A DNA stretch of 64,000 nt, taken from assembly GCA_041178425.1 (NCBI GenBank), contig JBEGVH010000026.1, positions 1-64,000 on the forward strand, written 5' to 3'. A program made the translations under genes and the position numbers. Below are positions 49,632-58,679 of the stretch, in pieces. Each line of letters opens with the position of its first letter. The stretch's first letter is position 1. The DNA comes from Pseudomonadota bacterium. Its GTDB lineage: Bacteria > Bdellovibrionota > Bdellovibrionia > Bdellovibrionales > Bdellovibrionaceae. Under the pieces are notes generated by a model. The model ran no database searches, was not told the origin of the DNA, and was given only the letters and a program-made list of their open reading frames with translations.

Positions 49632-50657
49632 TTGACAGCCGTTCGTCTTGAACATGATTTTTGCAGATATCTTTTTCTAGGGGCGATGAGAAAAATATCG
49701 CCAATCAAAGGGCGCGCTGTACTGCAGGAGAAGTTGATTTTGTCGAAGCTTTTTACACTGGTGACATTTTTAAGGGTGATGGTCTTTGTCCTGCTGGCCG
49801 AGCCTCTCTGGGGCGTTAGCTATAGCAAAAAAATTTATTCGACTGAGCCCTCGCCGCATCTGAAAAACACTAGCGTCCTGGGGATCGAAGAGAATAGAAG
49901 CATTCCCTATCAAGTGTTTTTACCTAATGACTTTCCTCATTGCCCATCACCTGAGCCCTGCTACAGTGTGGTTTATTTTCTCCATGGCCGAGGCAGCGAC
50001 TCAAGTATGTTGGATGAATTAGGAGTGTTACCTGCTCTGGATCATCTCACTCAAAAAAATAATCAGTTAAAGATGATCATTGTCGCTCCCGAAGGGGAAC
50101 TCAGTTATTGGACTGACCATCCATCGGTAAAAAACGGTCGCGCTGATTGGGCGCATTTTGTGGCAGAAACTCTGGTCAACTCTGTGGAGAAGCAATTTCC
50201 TGCTGTTATAAAAGATCCTGAGCACCGATTATTAGCCGGCATTTCAATGGGTGGACACGGAGCTCTGCAGGTGGCTCTGAATTTTCGGGATCAGTTTTCG
50301 TGTATCGCGGCCCACAGCCCTGTCCTTCGAAGTTTTGCAGAGACGAGGGAGTTGCGAGAGCAGTTTGGAGAGTTTGAAGAATATCAAAAACGAGATCCCT
50401 TGAGTTTGCTCTATGAAAGAAGAAGGCTCCAAAATTTAGAACCTTTTTTTAAAGGATTATGGCTTGATATTGGTGCCGAGGATTGGGCTTTGGTGAGGAC
50501 ATCACAATTTGTGGATTTACTTTTAAGCACATACAATCCAAAAACAATGACTCTCCATCGATCGTTGCCAGGTCATCATGATAGAGACTACTGGCAAGAT
50601 CGTTTACCTGAATACCTGCAATGGTACAGTGACTGTTTGTCAAAAAAAGTAAGGTGA
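49632..50657 (+). CDS. Alpha/beta-hydrolase esterase (probably exported)
   Basis: YQVFLP, VVYFLHG, GISMGGHGA nucleophile elbow, LDIGAED, PGHHD..YW; start uncertain. Confidence 0.85.
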   Translation: MTAVRLEHDFCRYLFLGAMRKISPIKGRAVLQEKLILSKLFTLVTFLRVMVFVLLAEPLWGVSYSKKIYSTEPSPHLKNTSVLGIEENRSIPYQVFLPNDFPHCPSPEPCYSVVYFLHGRGSDSSMLDELGVLPALDHLTQKNNQLKMIIVAPEGELSYWTDHPSVKNGRADWAHFVAETLVNSVEKQFPAVIKDPEHRLLAGISMGGHGALQVALNFRDQFSCIAAHSPVLRSFAETRELREQFGEFEEYQKRDPLSLLYERRRLQNLEPFFKGLWLDIGAEDWALVRTSQFVDLLLSTYNPKTMTLHRSLPGHHDRDYWQDRLPEYLQWYSDCLSKKVR

Positions 50658-50659
50658 GC

Positions 50660-50675
50660 GGCCCGAGCTCGGGCC
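50660..50675. terminator. GC-rich 16-bp palindrome between convergent genes
   Basis: GGCCCGAGCTCGGGCC just after the esterase stop, followed by TTATT. Confidence 0.5.
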
Positions 50676-50755
50676 TTATTGCTTGGTGATGGTCACACAA
50701 ATCGTAGAGGGCTCGCTCTCGTTTTTGCTTTCGATCACTCCTTGATTAGAAAAGT

Positions 50756-51616
50756 TTATTGAGCCTTTTGTTTTTGTGCGGAGCCGTCTGGCACTATGTT
50801 TTGTGTTATAAAATCTCGGTAATAGCCAGCGTGGCTGTAAACGGAAACTCCGCCGCAGCGATCAAAGAAAAAAGGCCCAGCTCTGCTTGTAATGCCTATC
50901 AAAAAATACTCCGCATTTTTGTAATAAAAGGCAGGGCCGCCCGAGTCGCCAAAACAAGAGCCCGTTCCGTCACGTTGATTCAAAACAAATTCACCTGCGC
51001 CCCACTGACTTACAAGAACATTCACGTTCACTTTACGTAAAGTTCCATTTTCGCTTTTCGAATCATCACCTGTAGCGCCATACCCGGCGAGGAGAAGGCG
51101 GTCTCCATTTTTTAAGATCATGTTCTTGGGTGCAATTTTCGCTACCCGGTGACTGGTGGGAATGTCTTCTTTGAGTTGAATGACGGCAACATCCCCCAAG
51201 TCTTTGGTGAATCGGCGGGGATCTTTTCTTCGTTCATCATATCCTGGTAAGATAATCACTTTAGAAGGAGAGATGATGTGATTGGGCTTGTGGATGTTTG
51301 GTCCAAAAAGAACAAGAGCACCGTATTTTGAAGTAATGCAATGTGCGGCAGTGACCACGGTACGCTTACTCACAATGGTTCCAGAGCAAAGCCCCATTGT
51401 ATCAACATCAACGACGGCAACAGTGTACTTTCTAACTAAGTCATGGGGAGCAGGGATCTCGCCACCGACAATGGCGTTAGGGGATTCACCGAGAGGCGCC
51501 GTTTCGCCAGGATAATTAAGCGTTTCTTTTAAGGAGGAGGGGTTCTGGTTCTTCGGGGAGCAGGCTAAAAATTCCATGCCAAGAAAAATGGCCATAATTG
51601 TGTGACGAGCTTTCAT
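50756..51616 (-). CDS. Trypsin-like serine protease lipoprotein (S1)
   Basis: Lipobox FLAC; IVGG; CSGTIV; TAAHC; DVAVI; GDSGGP. Confidence 0.93.
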   Translation of the reverse strand: MKARHTIMAIFLGMEFLACSPKNQNPSSLKETLNYPGETAPLGESPNAIVGGEIPAPHDLVRKYTVAVVDVDTMGLCSGTIVSKRTVVTAAHCITSKYGALVLFGPNIHKPNHIISPSKVIILPGYDERRKDPRRFTKDLGDVAVIQLKEDIPTSHRVAKIAPKNMILKNGDRLLLAGYGATGDDSKSENGTLRKVNVNVLVSQWGAGEFVLNQRDGTGSCFGDSGGPAFYYKNAEYFLIGITSRAGPFFFDRCGGVSVYSHAGYYRDFITQNIVPDGSAQKQKAQ

Positions 51617-51805
51617 GCTAATCTTCCTTTATCGATTGGATGACTGAGATTCGAACGTCAATAGTTTTATCGCCTAGTTTTCGGAGAGAAACAGCCTTAT
51701 TTGTTCGATTGAAAAAAAGAAAAGGGAAAAGAGTCCTAGGTGCCGCTTTGGTTGCTTGTAATGGGTCATTCGGATGTGGTCTTTTCTTTGCAATTAAGGG
51801 TATTT

Positions 51806-52690
51806 ATGATTCCAAAAGGCTTAATTCATTTTAATCGTGGTTTAATGACAATCTTACTGACATTGACTTCCGTTCTTTGTCACGGGCAGTACCATGCTTA
51901 TCCCTATGCCCTCACCGATCGAATAGAACTAGACCCAGAAATGTTAGCTCAAGAAATGATAAATGAAAGCAATCGAAGAAATCCAGATCTCGAGCTCTCG
52001 ATTGAATATTCCTTTAAAAAGTATCGTGGTTTTTTAATGTATATGGCAGGAGACAATGATTTAAAAACGCATTATTTCAAAACGTTTCATTCGGAAGAAC
52101 TGGTTCAGTGGATTCTCTCTCAACCAGAGAATTCAATTGCACCTCACCATCTTTTTGCCGTGGCCGTTGAAATTTCTAAGGGAGATATTCTTGAGGCCGT
52201 CACGAGAATTCACGAAACTCTTCGAAACTACGCCAGGGGATTAACCAAGTACACTTACCCTAACATTGGACTGCAAAGTCGAAATGAACTTTTCAATAAA
52301 TTCATGGATATCCGTGGAGATCTTCATGAGCGAGACCCCAAAACGTTCAAAGGTGACCACTACGGAAGTTGGTATCGACTGTGGGCCCTTATGGCCTTTC
52401 AAATGGCTTCGAAGTGGCGGGGTCAGTTGAATCAAAAAGTACGGCTAAAAAATTTGAGTTGGATTTCCTACCTGGCCGAGGTGATTAAGGTGATCATGCC
52501 GGGATTCCGATTCGGTGATAAAAGAAAAACCGAATTGAATCTAAAGGGTGCTAAAACGGGATATTATTTGAATCAAAAAATTCAACAAGGGGGTGCACAC
52601 GATTTAATGTGGGTCCAAGGAGCGAGTCTTGATTACTTGGTCACTGGCAAAACAAATCGCTGTGTTTTAGCCCTCAAAAACACCCTCTAA
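51806..52690 (+). CDS. Exported hypothetical protein
   Basis: Open frame with signal-like segment; GDHYGSWYRLWA; C-terminal RCVLAL; start uncertain (51740-51846). Confidence 0.65.
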   Translation: MIPKGLIHFNRGLMTILLTLTSVLCHGQYHAYPYALTDRIELDPEMLAQEMINESNRRNPDLELSIEYSFKKYRGFLMYMAGDNDLKTHYFKTFHSEELVQWILSQPENSIAPHHLFAVAVEISKGDILEAVTRIHETLRNYARGLTKYTYPNIGLQSRNELFNKFMDIRGDLHERDPKTFKGDHYGSWYRLWALMAFQMASKWRGQLNQKVRLKNLSWISYLAEVIKVIMPGFRFGDKRKTELNLKGAKTGYYLNQKIQQGGAHDLMWVQGASLDYLVTGKTNRCVLALKNTL

Positions 52691-52823
52691 AGTCTTTTTG
52701 GTTGAGACGACCTGAGCCATTTAAAATCGATCTTTGAAGATTTCTTGCCTTTCGCTTCAAAATACCTAATCTTTCTTTGTGTAACATAATGTTTGGATTG
52801 GGAGTTCGGAGTTTTTCGGGGGC

Positions 52824-54194
52824 ATGATGAAGTTGGTCATATCTTTTGTTTTTACTTTTTCGATTTCTGTCGTTTTAGTCGCAAAGAATAATCGCTATCT
52901 CTCTTCAACGCTTCATAGTCTTGACTGCCTGCGCTCGCCAACGGGCTTGGTGGCGGATTCAGCTTTTGTGTTGCCTCGCTCGTATGGAGCCCCTGACAGA
53001 GTTATCAATCCATCGGGATTGGAGTCGACTTGTCCTATTGTGTTGGTGAATCAACAGACGTCGCCAACGAATATTGCTCTCGATTTAATTTTACTGATGG
53101 AGCAAAAAAGATGGAGTGATGTCGAGGAGTTGATGACAACTCTAGAGAAAATGCCATTTCATGCGTCGACGGGTCTTTTTTATAATCGCTACGATATCAA
53201 GAACCCAAATAGTGTGAGCGATTACTACGTTTCGTCGGTGGATAATGTGCACCTTGTTTTGGCGTTATGGGTTTTGGGTGAAATAAAAGTCAAAAAGTTT
53301 TCTTTGAGTCAGAGAGCTCTTCAGCTCAGCCGTCGTTTCAATTGGGAGGAGCTCATTGATCCCACAACGGGCTTGGTGCGTGGGGGCTTATCGTATGATG
53401 GTACTCAATTCCACCCAGCGCCTTGGTTTTATTCTCACGCTGGTTCGGAAGCTCGCACTCTTTATTCGGTTGGCTATGCCATCGGTTTTGTAAAAAAACA
53501 GGTTTCCGAGAAAGCGTTGACGTGGGAGTTTCATCATCAGAGATCATTCGGCGAAATGATGCGCACTTGGGATGGTGGAGTGTTTCAAATGCTTTTGCCG
53601 GAATTATTAATACGTGAGTCTCGTTATTCACGAAGGCTAAAATCAGCCTTCCACAATTTTTCGCGTTTTGCGTTGGCGCAGTCCGAGGGGGCACCTGTTC
53701 CTTTACTTCATTCCGCCTGCCAGTTAGGTCCTTTGGACTTTGTGTCTTGGCAGCGAAATGACTGTGGAGTGGATCAGCCTTGTTATCTTGGTCGATCCGG
53801 TCACAAAGAGTTGATAAGTCATGCCAATACGGATCGCTTAGAGCCCAGCGATCAAGAAATGCGAGAACGAGCGAGTACTCTTCATGCAGTTTTTTTAGCG
53901 GCTCTGTTTGAACCAAGGGCTTATTTAACGGCCCTTAAAAAGACGGAGGGAATAAGCTCGGAGGGTTATTCTCTCTATCATTCCCAGATGGGATGGATGG
54001 ACTCTATTCATGTGAGTGGACCACACAAAAATAAAGTAGTGCCGATGGTGCTTTCTCTCGATCAGGGAATGGCCGCGTTGGCAATGGTTCGTATGAGTTC
54101 TCAAGATGGTGATAATGTTGTTTCGCGAACCCTGGCGGCGAATCCGATGGCCGCGAAACGTCTTCGCACCATTTATGCTGGATGGGGCCTGTAA
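52824..54194 (+). CDS. Glucoamylase-like (alpha/alpha)6 glycoside hydrolase (DUF3131/GH144-like)
   Basis: TSPTNI, GLFYNRYD, VSSVDN, SEAR, TWDGGVFQMLLP, LSLDQGM; signal peptide. Confidence 0.7.
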   Translation: MMKLVISFVFTFSISVVLVAKNNRYLSSTLHSLDCLRSPTGLVADSAFVLPRSYGAPDRVINPSGLESTCPIVLVNQQTSPTNIALDLILLMEQKRWSDVEELMTTLEKMPFHASTGLFYNRYDIKNPNSVSDYYVSSVDNVHLVLALWVLGEIKVKKFSLSQRALQLSRRFNWEELIDPTTGLVRGGLSYDGTQFHPAPWFYSHAGSEARTLYSVGYAIGFVKKQVSEKALTWEFHHQRSFGEMMRTWDGGVFQMLLPELLIRESRYSRRLKSAFHNFSRFALAQSEGAPVPLLHSACQLGPLDFVSWQRNDCGVDQPCYLGRSGHKELISHANTDRLEPSDQEMRERASTLHAVFLAALFEPRAYLTALKKTEGISSEGYSLYHSQMGWMDSIHVSGPHKNKVVPMVLSLDQGMAALAMVRMSSQDGDNVVSRTLAANPMAAKRLRTIYAGWGL

Positions 54195-54353
54195 ATGAGT
54201 TACTTGTCTAAAAAATAAAACGTGTGTCCTAATTCTGAGACAATATAAATTCTCCTGAGATTTAAATCCAATAGATCCTATTTACTGCTGGCTTGATAGT
54301 TGCCTTGTAGCTCTGCACCCTTCAGTCCCTGGAGGGCTGGAGGTGGCGTTGTC

Positions 54354-55169
54354 ATGTTAACTCTTAAAAAGAGTCGAAAGAGATTGAAAAACTACATGAG
54401 TGTTTTTTTGTCTTTGCTGTTTGTGAATCCGCTGGCATGGAGCTGTGATCCAAATCAGGATTGTATGTCGTGGGTGAGAGTGCCTTGTCCTACGTGGAAG
54501 TACCCTGCACGATCGTGCATGAAGCGCATCGAGGATGTCCTTTGTTCAGCCGCGCGCAAGGTTTGTCAGAAAGACTGCAAAAGTATCAATCAGGATGCCA
54601 ACTCCTATATTTTTGGCTTCCGTGGCGAAAGTGAAAGAATTAAGAACGAAGTCTCAACGATCGAAGCAGCCATTGTCTCTGAGATTCAGCATGGGAATCA
54701 CTATGCTCATTTGGTCGAAGAATTCATCGACTCCTTAGCACAAACAGAAAGGGCCGGAAGCAATGCCCTTTTGCTCTTAACTCGGACCTTGCCCCTGGAG
54801 ACGTTTTTTCAAGAGAACCAATTATTTGATTCACCTCTGGCGCAAGTGATCGAGTTAGCAAAAAAATCCCCCGATGCGCAAATTCAGCTCATGGGAGCGC
54901 TTCTCGAAAGATCACAAGAATTAGAGTCTCGAGTGTTTGAGGTATTCGAAACAGAAGGGCTAGTTGAGGCCCTGCAACTCATGGTGATTGTGTTTAAGCA
55001 AGAGGCACAGAAGTTAAGGCAGCAAATCAGTGCCACGAACCAAATCCGCAAAGAAACAGAGCACAAGAGAGTTTTACTTGAAGCCATCAGAAAGCAGAGA
55101 GAGGGAGAACTTCGAATGCTAGACTCGAATATCAATAAACAGGAGATGAGAAAATGCACACCTTGGTGA
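54354..55169 (+). CDS. Exported protein with Cys-rich N-domain and long coiled-coil; gene 1 of toxin locus
   Basis: GGAGG RBS; signal peptide AWS|; seven Cys in about 45 aa then heptad-rich helices; overlaps next gene. Confidence 0.7.
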   Translation: MLTLKKSRKRLKNYMSVFLSLLFVNPLAWSCDPNQDCMSWVRVPCPTWKYPARSCMKRIEDVLCSAARKVCQKDCKSINQDANSYIFGFRGESERIKNEVSTIEAAIVSEIQHGNHYAHLVEEFIDSLAQTERAGSNALLLLTRTLPLETFFQENQLFDSPLAQVIELAKKSPDAQIQLMGALLERSQELESRVFEVFETEGLVEALQLMVIVFKQEAQKLRQQISATNQIRKETEHKRVLLEAIRKQREGELRMLDSNINKQEMRKCTPW

Positions 55170-56050
55170 TTCCAATGATCATTGTTTTTGGATTGATTGA
55201 GGCAAAGGCCAGAATGCCACCGGCTTTTGGCCCAAAGGCTGTAGCCCTAGAACACATTGTTCATAACTATCAACAGCAGCGGCTTGTTTGGGTCAACATT
55301 GCCAAAGGTCTTAAGGCCATCGGTACTGATTGTAAACCCACCGGACAAAGCAGCCTCAGCACTCAGATCTTGGCTGATTGCCTTTACAAAATCGATGTCG
55401 CCGTTGCCTCCATTGATCGAGCGGAGGTTCGTTCGCCGCTGCTAAATCGCCGGCTCACTCAAATTCCAAACGAATTTAATTCTATCAGAGAGGCCATTAA
55501 AACTGATTGTAATGAAAAACAAAGATGGCTGCGGCAGCAAAAAAACATGTTGGCTGAAGTTGGTCATTATCTTTTTTCTCAAATGAAGGATCGCGTTCTC
55601 GTAGATATAAAGCACGATTTAAATCAAATCAGTAAACGGAAGCGATTGGAAAGTCTCTGTTTGTCATCGGACAATAGCTTATCGGTGTTCAAGAAACTGA
55701 TCTCCTTTTACGAGAGCCAGGCTCCTGAATACATCGAGTTGGATCGCCTTAGAACTCAGATTGTTTATCAAATTTGGCTTATGGATTTTTTGAAAGATCA
55801 ATGCCCCTCGCAGCCCTCTCTAACTGAGATCAGAGAGGTTCTAAAAAAAGTTGAGCTTTTGGTTAATCAAAAAACATTTACCGAATACAAAAAGAGAGCG
55901 TGTCACGGGGGTGAGAGTTTTGGAGAGGTTGAGTCTTTTGAGTGCCTGCAGCTACCGCAAACACCCGAAGCGCTCAGTGTTCTCTCGCGAATGAGTGAGC
56001 AAAGTCGGTCGATAAAGTCTGTTAAGGCTAGCCCAGGAGGAGCTCAATGA
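55154..56050 (+). CDS. Exported alpha-helical Cys-containing protein; gene 2 of toxin locus
   Basis: AGGAG RBS; signal peptide AKA|; helical with spaced Cys; ATGA overlap with the toxin gene. Confidence 0.7.
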   Translation: MHTLVIPMIIVFGLIEAKARMPPAFGPKAVALEHIVHNYQQQRLVWVNIAKGLKAIGTDCKPTGQSSLSTQILADCLYKIDVAVASIDRAEVRSPLLNRRLTQIPNEFNSIREAIKTDCNEKQRWLRQQKNMLAEVGHYLFSQMKDRVLVDIKHDLNQISKRKRLESLCLSSDNSLSVFKKLISFYESQAPEYIELDRLRTQIVYQIWLMDFLKDQCPSQPSLTEIREVLKKVELLVNQKTFTEYKKRACHGGESFGEVESFECLQLPQTPEALSVLSRMSEQSRSIKSVKASPGGAQ

Positions 56051-57549
56051 TATCAACAGGTAAAAAGATTCTTAATATCACCTTGAGTTTTTCTCTTTCG
56101 GGGTTTTCTTTGCCTTCGTTTGCACAGGAAGTAGATCGCCCGGTTTTAGTGAGTTCGGTCATTGAGATTGAGCTCGGTGGCGATGGTGAGCGCTTTGGGC
56201 AGTGGAACCGAGAACACACAAAGTACCGATGCGAATATGGATGTGGCCCACACCGGTCTTCCGATGGAAATGGCTATGGTAACGGTGCTAATGCAGGGCC
56301 TCCGGCATCGAGTGGAGGCGATGGAACAAAAGGTTCAAGCGGCGATCATCGTGATAGTCGATTTCACAGGAGTGACCAAGAAAGAAGTCTTAAAACCGAG
56401 GAGTCTGCGTGGAGAGACTACCAAGACCAGGTGGCGCATAAGAACACGAGTGTGCGAGAGTCGCTGCGACTACTTTGGCAGAAAGAAGACATCCATTTTT
56501 ATGACGACGATTTGGCTACACTTCTCCTCCAGCGAGGGAAACCTGCCTCAAGGCAAGAAGATCAATACCAGTCTTCGGAGGATTTTATCGATCGTGCGAT
56601 GCCTTCTCAATTGAAGAATCACCCTTATCTTCCCCTTCGCAGAGATACGCTCGGAGGACTGGTGAGTGACGCCTATCAGAGTCACCATAAAGAGGAACTC
56701 TCGATGATTCGTCATGGCTATTTGGCCCAGCATCCGAAATCACCTCAGGCTAAGGAGGCCTATAGGGCTGGGCTTTTTGCGCTGAAGGAAGCCGATCAGG
56801 CCTACTTGCAGGGGTTTATAAAGGCGGGTGAGTATTTTGAAAAATCAGCTCGATTACTTTTAGATGTAGTGAGTGACCTCAATCCAATGACAGCTCTCAC
56901 CAAAGATCTCTATCGGGTCTTTGTAGGAAAAGATCCGGTGACGGGTCTGCCGTTGAGCGCGGGTGAACGTTTAATTTTCGGAGGCCTCTCGATTTTAGGA
57001 GTTGTGACGCTTGGGGAATCTTCGCTCTTAGAGGCGGGATTAGGCCGAATGGTGAAGCTCGTCAATGCTAGCGCTGGTGAAGCGAATACTGTTTTGAAGA
57101 TTTTTTCACAAGCCAGAGCGATGGCTCATGCCGCTGGAGTGAATGGGCGAGAGGCATTAAAAAACTTTCTCTCAATCGTTCAAAATGATGTGGGTGCCGT
57201 TGGTGATATTGGATTTCTTTTACAGAGCGTAAATAAACACGGACTTTGGTCGAAGGGGCAATATAAAAAGAGTGTTCAAAATGCTTTTTCGCACTTTAAA
57301 AAACACCGCACTGAGTTTCCAGAACTGAAGAACGGCATTGAGTATGTTGAGGCTGCCCATGACTTTATTACTAGTCCCCCATTGGGAACTTTGTCAAAAA
57401 CCCGTGCTAACGGAGAGAGAATTTTGTATTCTCCCACAAGTGACGTGTTTGTTGTTCAAAGTGTGGATGGTGCACCAAAAACAATGTTTAAACCCAATCC
57501 CGCGGTTCATGGGTACAAAACCAATAAGGAGTACTACGATGCCCAATAA
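56047..57549 (+). CDS. Polymorphic toxin: Sec signal peptide, pre-toxin TG-like domain, C-terminal nuclease-like toxin
   Basis: AGGAGG RBS; signal peptide SFA|; DLNPMTALTKDLYRVFVGKDPVTGLPLS.GER (PT-TG-like); tip NAFSHFKKH..EF...EYV..A..F...PP.GTLSKTR.NG...Y.P...F.V....G.PKTMFKP. Confidence 0.8.
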   Translation: MISTGKKILNITLSFSLSGFSLPSFAQEVDRPVLVSSVIEIELGGDGERFGQWNREHTKYRCEYGCGPHRSSDGNGYGNGANAGPPASSGGDGTKGSSGDHRDSRFHRSDQERSLKTEESAWRDYQDQVAHKNTSVRESLRLLWQKEDIHFYDDDLATLLLQRGKPASRQEDQYQSSEDFIDRAMPSQLKNHPYLPLRRDTLGGLVSDAYQSHHKEELSMIRHGYLAQHPKSPQAKEAYRAGLFALKEADQAYLQGFIKAGEYFEKSARLLLDVVSDLNPMTALTKDLYRVFVGKDPVTGLPLSAGERLIFGGLSILGVVTLGESSLLEAGLGRMVKLVNASAGEANTVLKIFSQARAMAHAAGVNGREALKNFLSIVQNDVGAVGDIGFLLQSVNKHGLWSKGQYKKSVQNAFSHFKKHRTEFPELKNGIEYVEAAHDFITSPPLGTLSKTRANGERILYSPTSDVFVVQSVDGAPKTMFKPNPAVHGYKTNKEYYDAQ

Positions 57550-57817
57550 GAGTTTTAGCCTATTAAAACAGTGTCGTGTTTGTGGTTATGAATTTGATGA
57601 TTTGTATCCGTGGGGTGTTGATGGAAAAACGCCTTCATTTGAAATATGCGATTGCTGTGGAACTGAGTTTGGTCATGATGATGCAACTCTCTTGGCGATT
57701 AAACAAAAACGAGCGAAGTGGATCGAAGGTGGTGCTCTGTGGGCGCGGCCTCAGGTGCGCCCGTCTCATTGGAGTGTGGAAACAGCATTGGCAAAAATTC
57801 CTCATGAGTACCTGTGA
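57539..57817 (+). CDS. Cys-rich (CxxC...CxCC) immunity protein
   Basis: AAGGAG RBS before ATG 57539 overlapping the toxin stop; CRVCG...PWG.DG..PSFEICDCCGTEFG.DD....R.KW...G..W; no signal peptide. Confidence 0.8.
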   Translation: MPNKSFSLLKQCRVCGYEFDDLYPWGVDGKTPSFEICDCCGTEFGHDDATLLAIKQKRAKWIEGGALWARPQVRPSHWSVETALAKIPHEYL

Positions 57818-57836
57818 GGAGACATTGTTCAGTTAT

Positions 57837-58598
57837 CTAACGTGATCCCTGTGAGTACTCGTTCTCGGTATCGTTTTGGTTGAGAAGTGTTGGATGCCGG
57901 GGGGTATGTCCCTTTTTGCAGTACTTCGATTCGATTCGGTGAATAGAATAGTCGAAGGTTTTGTAGTTCGAAAATAAGTTGGGAGAATAGAACGTCGGAT
58001 TTTTCGCAAGAAAATGATAGCATGTTTGTCCGAACGTTATATAGCGTGTGTAATCACACGGCGTGGAATCAAGCAACGCCTGAGCACGAGTGAATTGGGA
58101 TTTTGAATCAAAGTGAGTGTCTACATAACAGGCGCCATTCATTGGACGAATCCCCTTTGGGCACTCGGCGATGCTCACCGTTTCGCTTTTTCTTCGGTTG
58201 GGGTTCTGATCATTCTCTGTTTTCATACACGACATGTTTCCGATTTTCCAGAAAAGAGGCTTCGTTGAATTGCAATGAAAAAAACTGACAGGCCGCAATT
58301 GGTATGGTTTTTGGTTTTGCGATTCTGAAGCTGTGTTAATTTGTTCAGATTCCAATTTAAAACAACTTTTACCATCAGAGAGGAATACGGGCTTGCCTTT
58401 ATTGCAAAGGCTAGCGTCGCGAATAATTTCATTTTCTCCCGAAGAATCACTCTCAGCTCTCTCGACACAGTGGCCGTTATTATTCCAATAAACTAGCGGT
58501 ACGCCTGCTTGCGCGGCGACTCCGTAAGAAAGAACGCTGACTGTCAAGATGAGTGACGCGATCAGTGGTGTGGCCGTTCTTTTTTGCGGTTTCTTCAT
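57837..58598 (-). CDS. Exported Cys-rich hypothetical protein
   Basis: GAGG RBS before ATG 58598; signal peptide AQA|; loosely repeated P.F....(G).SC.K.E...V....C units. Confidence 0.7.
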   Translation of the reverse strand: MKKPQKRTATPLIASLILTVSVLSYGVAAQAGVPLVYWNNNGHCVERAESDSSGENEIIRDASLCNKGKPVFLSDGKSCFKLESEQINTASESQNQKPYQLRPVSFFHCNSTKPLFWKIGNMSCMKTENDQNPNRRKSETVSIAECPKGIRPMNGACYVDTHFDSKSQFTRAQALLDSTPCDYTRYITFGQTCYHFLAKNPTFYSPNLFSNYKTFDYSIHRIESKYCKKGHTPRHPTLLNQNDTENEYSQGSR

Positions 58599-58634
58599 GG
58601 TTTCCTCATCTAAAAAATCCTCATTGTTTACTTC

Positions 58635-58650
58635 TGCAAACAAAGTGCCG
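58635..58650 (-). promoter_or_regulatory. sigma54 promoter for the gene starting at 58598
   Basis: CGGCACTTTGTTTGCA, GG-N10-GC. Confidence 0.65.
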
Positions 58651-58679
58651 ATGGAATGTCTCAAAATGAGGCATGCGTT

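Noticed and set aside
57338..57538. 159-aa version of the immunity ORF
   Set aside because: The extension overlaps the toxin tip; the RBS supports ATG 57539
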